Shown here: positions 59,075-64,000 of the stretch, in pieces | How positions within the stretch are numbered: position 1 is the first letter of the stretch | Layout of the letters: the number at the start of each line of letters is the position of its first letter | Source of the DNA: an uncultured Acidobacteriota bacterium | Lineage (GTDB): Bacteria; Acidobacteriota; Thermoanaerobaculia; Gp7-AA8 | Assembly (NCBI GenBank): GCA_963741955.1 | Contig: CAVUKB010000010.1 | Location: forward strand, 224,001 to 288,000 | Direction of reading: 5' to 3' | Length of the DNA stretch: 64,000 nt | The notes under the pieces: model-generated | What the model was told of the DNA's origin: nothing | Database searches by the model: none | Seen by the model: only the letters and a program-made list of their open reading frames with translations | Made by a program: the position numbers and the translations under genes

Positions 59075-59551
59075 TCACGACTCGTGCAGGATCCGCCCGC
59101 TCGCCGACGACAGCACGTGTACCGTCACGGGGATGGCTTCACGAACGCTCCCGGTCACGGTGCAATAGTCTTCGAAGAGCCCGAAACAGCGCGCGGCACG
59201 TTCCTCGTCCGCGGGAGCGATCTCCACGTGGATCGTCGCATCGACGCTGGTGACGCGGAGCCGCCCCTTCTCGTTCCGCTCGATCGTCGCGTCGACCGTG
59301 GTCTTCACCTCACCGATCTCGACCCGCGATTTCTGCAGGCAGAAGAGGAGGCTGGAGCTGAGGCAGTTCCCGATCGCGGCAGCGAGAAGCCGGGACGCCT
59401 CGGGGCCGTCTCCGTTCCCCAGCGGCGGCGCCTCGTCCACCAGGAGCTGCGGCATCGCGGGATCGAACGTCACCCGGAACTGAAATCCGGAGACCCGCTC
59501 CAATTCGACGCTCTTGATCTTCTTCTCGGGGGGGGTGAGGGTGTCGGTCAT
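59075..59551 (-). CDS. OsmC family protein
   Basis: DEAPPLG, AAIGNCL, FEDYCTV. Confidence 0.88.
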   Translation of the reverse strand: MTDTLTPPEKKIKSVELERVSGFQFRVTFDPAMPQLLVDEAPPLGNGDGPEASRLLAAAIGNCLSSSLLFCLQKSRVEIGEVKTTVDATIERNEKGRLRVTSVDATIHVEIAPADEERAARCFGLFEDYCTVTGSVREAIPVTVHVLSSASGRILHES

Positions 59552-59563
59552 GATGCCTCCGGA

Positions 59564-59716
59564 TCGTGGTTTGCCCGTTGTGGGTTGTGGGCTTTGCTTG
59601 AAGGATAACTCACCGAGAACACGGAACCTACGTCCTACAACCTACAACCTACAACCTCCGACCGGCAGGTGGCAACCGGGAGTCGGGAGCCCGCGACCGG
59701 CAGCCGGCAACTCGCA
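59564..59716. repeat. degenerate heptamer arrays between divergent genes
   Basis: TTGTGGG units left; ACCTACA x3, then ACCGGCA-like units right. Confidence 0.65.
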
Positions 59717-59778
59717 AGCCTTCTCACCTTCGACCGGTGACGTCTGTCACGGCCGCCACGGTCCGCGCGATCAACGTT

Positions 59779-61014
59779 ATGAGTATGCGCGAGCCATTAA
59801 TGGATTTTCAGCATCCTGAAAAAGCAATCGATCGGCGATGGTTCATGAAAACGGCGATCGCGACGACGGTAGTGGTCGGCGGAGGAGGGTGGTGGGGCTG
59901 GCGTCGCGGAGCGTTCCTGACGGACAAGGACGAAGTGTACGAGCCGTGGGAGACGTGGAAGGAAGGAGAGAAGCATCTCCGGCTCGTGAATGCTGCGGTC
60001 CTCGCCGCCAGCAAGCACAATACCCAACCGTGGCGGTTCCGGGTCGATCCGCCGTTGCTCGATGTCGCATTCGACGTCGACCGGAACGTCGGTTCTCTCG
60101 ATCCATTCCGGCAGGAGACGTATTTCAGTGTCGGCTGCGCGATGGCCAACCTCCTCCTCGCGGCGGAGGCCGAAGGGTTCGCAACGAAGATTCGGTGGTT
60201 CCCCGATCCCGAGCTGAAAAACTGGATCGCACAGCTCAACGTGGAGCCGGTCGAGGGAACCAGTGCGTCCGATCTGTACAACGCGATCCCGGCCCGCCAT
60301 ACCAATCGCGGGCCATACAAGCTGGCGATCGGCGTTCCCGGAGAGGCTGTCGACCGGATGTCGCTGATCGCGATGCAGGAGTGTCTCACTGCACCGGTGT
60401 GGTTGACCCAGCCGGCCGACCAGCAGAAGTTCCGTGCATTGACGGTCGCGGCGACGGAACAGATCATTTCCGACCAGCAGCAGAGCGAAGACAACGGCCT
60501 TTGGTATCGCACCCACTGGAGCGACGTCGAGCAGAGTGGGGACGGGCTGACGCTCGACGCTCTTCAGATGTCTTCAGGCCGGCGTCTGCGGGAGAAGATT
60601 TTCCAGGCGCCGACCGCGGCGACGCTGGACCAGCAGTGGCTTGCAGCCACTCGCGACGTGCAGCTCGCCACGGCTCCGCTGTTCGGCATTCTGACCGTGC
60701 GCGACCCGAACGACCCGCAGCAGCTGGTGATGGCGGGAATCGCCTGGCAGAAGATGCACCTGCGCGCCACGCTCGACGGTCTCGCGGCGCAGCCGCTCAC
60801 GCAGACCATCGAACGGATGAACCTCGAGAAGAGCCGGAATCTGGAACCGGCCATCGGAGGTCCGCTCCGGGAGCTCACCGGATCCGCTGGTGAACCGGTG
60901 TTCGCGTTCCGGATCGGCGTCCCTGTCGGCCCCGGAAGGACGAGTCCGCGCCGCCCGGTGAAGTCGGTCCTCGCGAAGCTCGAGACGAAGCGGAAGCAGT
61001 CCCGGAGCGCATGA
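59779..61014 (+). CDS. Acg-family nitroreductase-like protein with Tat-like signal
   Basis: DRRWFMK; LAASKHNTQPWRF; RHTNR; SPRRP; start uncertain. Confidence 0.82.
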   Translation: MSMREPLMDFQHPEKAIDRRWFMKTAIATTVVVGGGGWWGWRRGAFLTDKDEVYEPWETWKEGEKHLRLVNAAVLAASKHNTQPWRFRVDPPLLDVAFDVDRNVGSLDPFRQETYFSVGCAMANLLLAAEAEGFATKIRWFPDPELKNWIAQLNVEPVEGTSASDLYNAIPARHTNRGPYKLAIGVPGEAVDRMSLIAMQECLTAPVWLTQPADQQKFRALTVAATEQIISDQQQSEDNGLWYRTHWSDVEQSGDGLTLDALQMSSGRRLREKIFQAPTAATLDQQWLAATRDVQLATAPLFGILTVRDPNDPQQLVMAGIAWQKMHLRATLDGLAAQPLTQTIERMNLEKSRNLEPAIGGPLRELTGSAGEPVFAFRIGVPVGPGRTSPRRPVKSVLAKLETKRKQSRSA

Positions 61015-61091
61015 AACGGTTGCGGGCGGGGAGGGACCGGTATCGCGGGTTTCTCCCTGCCGACTCCCGCTGAGCTGCAATACACAACGAG

Positions 61092-61223
61092 CTATCCGCC
61101 GAGCGAGTCCGGCGGCTGCTCGATCTTCGCTCCTCCCTTGATCACGCGGTAGAAGCACCAGCCGCAGAGCCCCCAGACGAATCCGAGGGAAAGGGTCAGG
61201 AACAGCCATCCTCCGATGGTCAT
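61092..61223 (-). CDS. MetS-like small subunit of NSS transporter
   Basis: 43-aa single-TM ORF MTIGGWLFLTLSLGFVWGLCGWCFYRVI; SD GAGGAGG; directly after NSS gene. Confidence 0.7.
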   Translation of the reverse strand: MTIGGWLFLTLSLGFVWGLCGWCFYRVIKGGAKIEQPPDSLGG

Positions 61224-61233
61224 GGCATCCTCC

Positions 61234-62871
61234 TCATTCGACTCCTCCCGCCGTGGCGGTCCCGTCGGGAAGATCGGGGATTCCCTCTTTCCCGTCGAGA
61301 TCCATTCCGGACGCACGCCAGCGTTTCTCCCCGATTCGCAGACAGATCACGAGGAAGAGGAGGACGGCGCCGATCATCGCCAGCGCGAGCTGGGCCGCGG
61401 GCTGCGCTGCCACTGCCTCCACCCACGACGGAAGATTGCTCACGCAGAACGCCACGAACACCACGATCAGGTAGAGCGGAGCAACGTATTTCATGATGAA
61501 CCTGTAAGGGCGCGGGATGCGCATCTCCGCACCGATGTGTGCTTCCCGCCATCCGCGGTCGATTCCGAAGATCCAGCTGAACGCGATGATCTCGATCATC
61601 GCCATGATGAAGATCAGGAACGTTCCGACCCATCCGTCGATGGTGGACCAGAAGATGCCGTCCTTACTGAACCAGATGGTGGCGAAGGAGCCGATCAGGC
61701 AGACCAGCACCATCACCGTGGTCGCCGCATTGCGTCCCGTTCCCAGCGACTCCTCGAAGAAGGCGACGCTCGGCTGGTACATCGAGAGTGAGCTGGTGAA
61801 CGCGGCCAGAAAGAGCATGAAGAACCAGACCGCTCCGATGAAGTTGCCCATCCCTCCCATGTGCGCGAAGACCACCGGAAGGGTATTGAAACCGAGGCCG
61901 AATGTTCCGGTGGAGACGGCCGCTGCAGTGCCGGTCAGGCCGAGGAAGATGAAAGAGGCGGTGAGGGTGATCAGGCCGCCGAAACTGACTTCGAACACCT
62001 CGTTCGTTGCCGCGGACGTCAGTCCCGACAGAACGACGTCGTCCTTTCGCTTCAGGTAAGACGCGTAGTTGATGATGATCCCGAAACCGACCGAGATGCT
62101 GAAGAAGATCTGTCCTGCCGCGGCGAGCCAGGTCTGGGGATTTGCAAGTGCACGGAGATCGGGATTCCACATGTACGCCAGTCCGTTGAGGACGTTCTGG
62201 TCGGGATGCATCGGATCGGGTGTGCCGAGAGTGAGGACGCGGACGAGAACGATGGCGGCCGCGATCGCCATCAGCGGCATCGCGATCCGGCAGAAGAGCT
62301 CGATCCCCTTCGACAGCCCGCGGTAGATGAAGTAGATGTTGAAGAGGAACGTGACCCCCCAGAAGATGAATGTTTCGTGACTCCCGCCGAAGAGTAGTCC
62401 GTTCGAATTCGCTCCGGTGAAGTTCGCATAGAACGTCGACGCGATCGAGGTCTGCTGGTCGATCGAGGAGTGCGGATCGATCCCGAGCCCGCCGGTCAGG
62501 TAGTGCCAGAAGTAGCCGAGACACCATGCCTCGATGAACGTGTAGTAGAACGAAACGGCCAGCGGAATGAGCACACCGACCACGCCGAAGTAGCGGGCCA
62601 CGGATCCTTTCCCGATCACGCCGAGGATTCCGGGGGAGGAGTGAAAGCCTTTCAGCCCGCCGTAGCGGGCCATGGTCCATTCCGCCCATCCGACTGGAAT
62701 GCCGAGGAACAGAAGGGCGCAGAAGTAGGGGATCATGAAGGCGCCGCCGCCGTTCGCCGCCGCCTGTCCGGGGAATCGGAGGAAGTTCCCCAGGCCGACC
62801 GCCGACCCGGCCACCGCGAGAATCACGCCGATTCGAGTGCTCCACTGCTCGTCGTTCGCGTGTTGAGCCAT
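61234..62871 (-). CDS. sodium-dependent NSS (SNF) family transporter
   Basis: GSAVGLGNFLRFP, NGGGAF, AAGQIFFS. Confidence 0.93.
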   Translation of the reverse strand: MAQHANDEQWSTRIGVILAVAGSAVGLGNFLRFPGQAAANGGGAFMIPYFCALLFLGIPVGWAEWTMARYGGLKGFHSSPGILGVIGKGSVARYFGVVGVLIPLAVSFYYTFIEAWCLGYFWHYLTGGLGIDPHSSIDQQTSIASTFYANFTGANSNGLLFGGSHETFIFWGVTFLFNIYFIYRGLSKGIELFCRIAMPLMAIAAAIVLVRVLTLGTPDPMHPDQNVLNGLAYMWNPDLRALANPQTWLAAAGQIFFSISVGFGIIINYASYLKRKDDVVLSGLTSAATNEVFEVSFGGLITLTASFIFLGLTGTAAAVSTGTFGLGFNTLPVVFAHMGGMGNFIGAVWFFMLFLAAFTSSLSMYQPSVAFFEESLGTGRNAATTVMVLVCLIGSFATIWFSKDGIFWSTIDGWVGTFLIFIMAMIEIIAFSWIFGIDRGWREAHIGAEMRIPRPYRFIMKYVAPLYLIVVFVAFCVSNLPSWVEAVAAQPAAQLALAMIGAVLLFLVICLRIGEKRWRASGMDLDGKEGIPDLPDGTATAGGVE

Positions 62872-63080
62872 GGTGCTCCTTCCGAAGTGATCTGAAATCG
62901 GGGAGAAGAGTACCCGAGGATCGGCGATTCGCCAACCCGACGACCGTGGTCGCTGGAGGTGATCTTGCGAACGGGTCATTATGCAGACCTGACCCCCGCG
63001 TGACGGCTGCTGAAAGGGCACGGGCGGATCGAGCTGCGACGACGGCCCGATCCACGGAGATCGGCGGCTCGCGGGTCCGG

Positions 63081-63980
63081 TCAGGCGGACGACGATGCGC
63101 GGCGGTCGAGTGACTCTTCCTCCTGGATCACCGAGAGCTTCGCGGAGCGGCTCCAGAGAGAATGGATCGCGATGGCGGCGAGGAGCGCGAGGTTGGGAAA
63201 GAGAAGGGGAGCGAAGACGGGAGCGCCGTAGAGAAATCGTTCCCAGAGATTCGATCCCGGACGATGGAGATTCGCGGTGAAATGCAGAGCGAATCCGGTC
63301 ACTCCGACCAGGCTTTCGAGCAGCATGAGTACGGAGGCGGCGAGCAGCAGGCGTCGGTCGAACGGAAGAACCACGACCATCGCGAGAAACGCGATCGCGA
63401 ATGCCGCCGCTCCGACTCCGATCCATTCTGCGGGATTGAAAAAGCCGTTCTGCGCGTGGTCGGCGAGGGTGAGGACGAAGTTCCCGACGAAGCCTCCCAT
63501 CGCGAGGATGGTGACCCAGCGGAGCCACTCCAGGGAGTCCGAATCGACCATCCGGTCGAGGATCAGCAGCAGCCCCAGCCCGGCATACGCGAGAGGAGCG
63601 ACGAACGGCGCGGTGTAGACCAGACTCCGAATGCTCTGCTCTTCGAAGAAGTGGCTCTGCAGATGGAGAAGCATTCCTCCGATGCCGACCGCAAGTGCGG
63701 CGTACCCCACCATCATTCCGATCCCGCGTCCGACGAGCTGGCGCCGGGAACTGGCCGGTTCGACGATCGGATAGCCGCTGCGGGGCGCGAATCCTCCCGT
63801 TGCGAGGGCGGCGAGGAGGAGCAGAGGGGCAAGGGCGGAGTAGACCACCGGGATCCATTCCGGCGACAGCTCGAACGCATTGATCGAGTGCGCGATGTAG
63901 ACGTCGATCGCGAGAAATCCGAGATTTGCGACGACGAACAGCTCGACCAGCGTCCAGGCGGGAGGAAGTTTAACCCGCAT
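63081..63980 (-). CDS. multi-pass membrane protein with internal duplication
   Basis: Two halves, each with H..N.F...EWI and AP..APL motifs; ATG lies inside a MITE end. Confidence 0.7.
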   Translation of the reverse strand: MRVKLPPAWTLVELFVVANLGFLAIDVYIAHSINAFELSPEWIPVVYSALAPLLLLAALATGGFAPRSGYPIVEPASSRRQLVGRGIGMMVGYAALAVGIGGMLLHLQSHFFEEQSIRSLVYTAPFVAPLAYAGLGLLLILDRMVDSDSLEWLRWVTILAMGGFVGNFVLTLADHAQNGFFNPAEWIGVGAAAFAIAFLAMVVVLPFDRRLLLAASVLMLLESLVGVTGFALHFTANLHRPGSNLWERFLYGAPVFAPLLFPNLALLAAIAIHSLWSRSAKLSVIQEEESLDRRASSSA

Positions 63981-64000
63981 TTCTCACCCCACCTCTGCTG
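63974..64000. mobile_element. 177-bp MITE family copy 3 (left end only)
   Basis: TTAA followed by CCCGCATTTCTCACCCCACCTCTGCTG, 2 mismatches to copy 1. Confidence 0.75.

Noticed and set aside
62872-63080. Riboswitch upstream of NSS transporter
   Set aside because: No recognisable SAM, glycine or lysine aptamer core seen by eye; Rfam scan needed

Overview
High-GC bacterial chromosomal window, mostly core or housekeeping genes. The gene repertoire and style are compatible with an Acidobacteriota (Thermoanaerobaculia-like) genome, but that is inference only. It holds about 55 CDSs, including a complete his operon (hisZ-G-D-C-B-H-[A/F fusion]-IE) preceded by a sigma70 promoter, a His-rich leader peptide and an attenuator, plus speA, coaA, hslO, fabH, a DEAD-box helicase, an ABC-F ATPase, M16 and HtrA proteases and an Att-like ABC/lipocalin set. 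Features missed by the ORF track: (1) a peroxiredoxin with an in-frame TGA at the catalytic position plus a SECIS-like hairpin, upstream of a Cys-type PrdB/GrdB-like gene; (2) a 39-bp tandem array carrying two 177-bp MITEs and an IS1182-family element at its CTAG junctions, with a third MITE copy supplying the start codon of the last gene; (3) several unrelated 7-bp-periodic tracts, two arranged as inverted arms; (4) a lower-GC pair encoding a secreted 10-Cys peptide and a secreted beta-rich partner; (5) a Tat-signal small protein coupled to a signal-less amidase; (6) candidate sigma54 promoters; (7) two broken genes. No rRNA, tRNA or CRISPR array was seen. All family assignments come from motif recognition by eye, not database searches.
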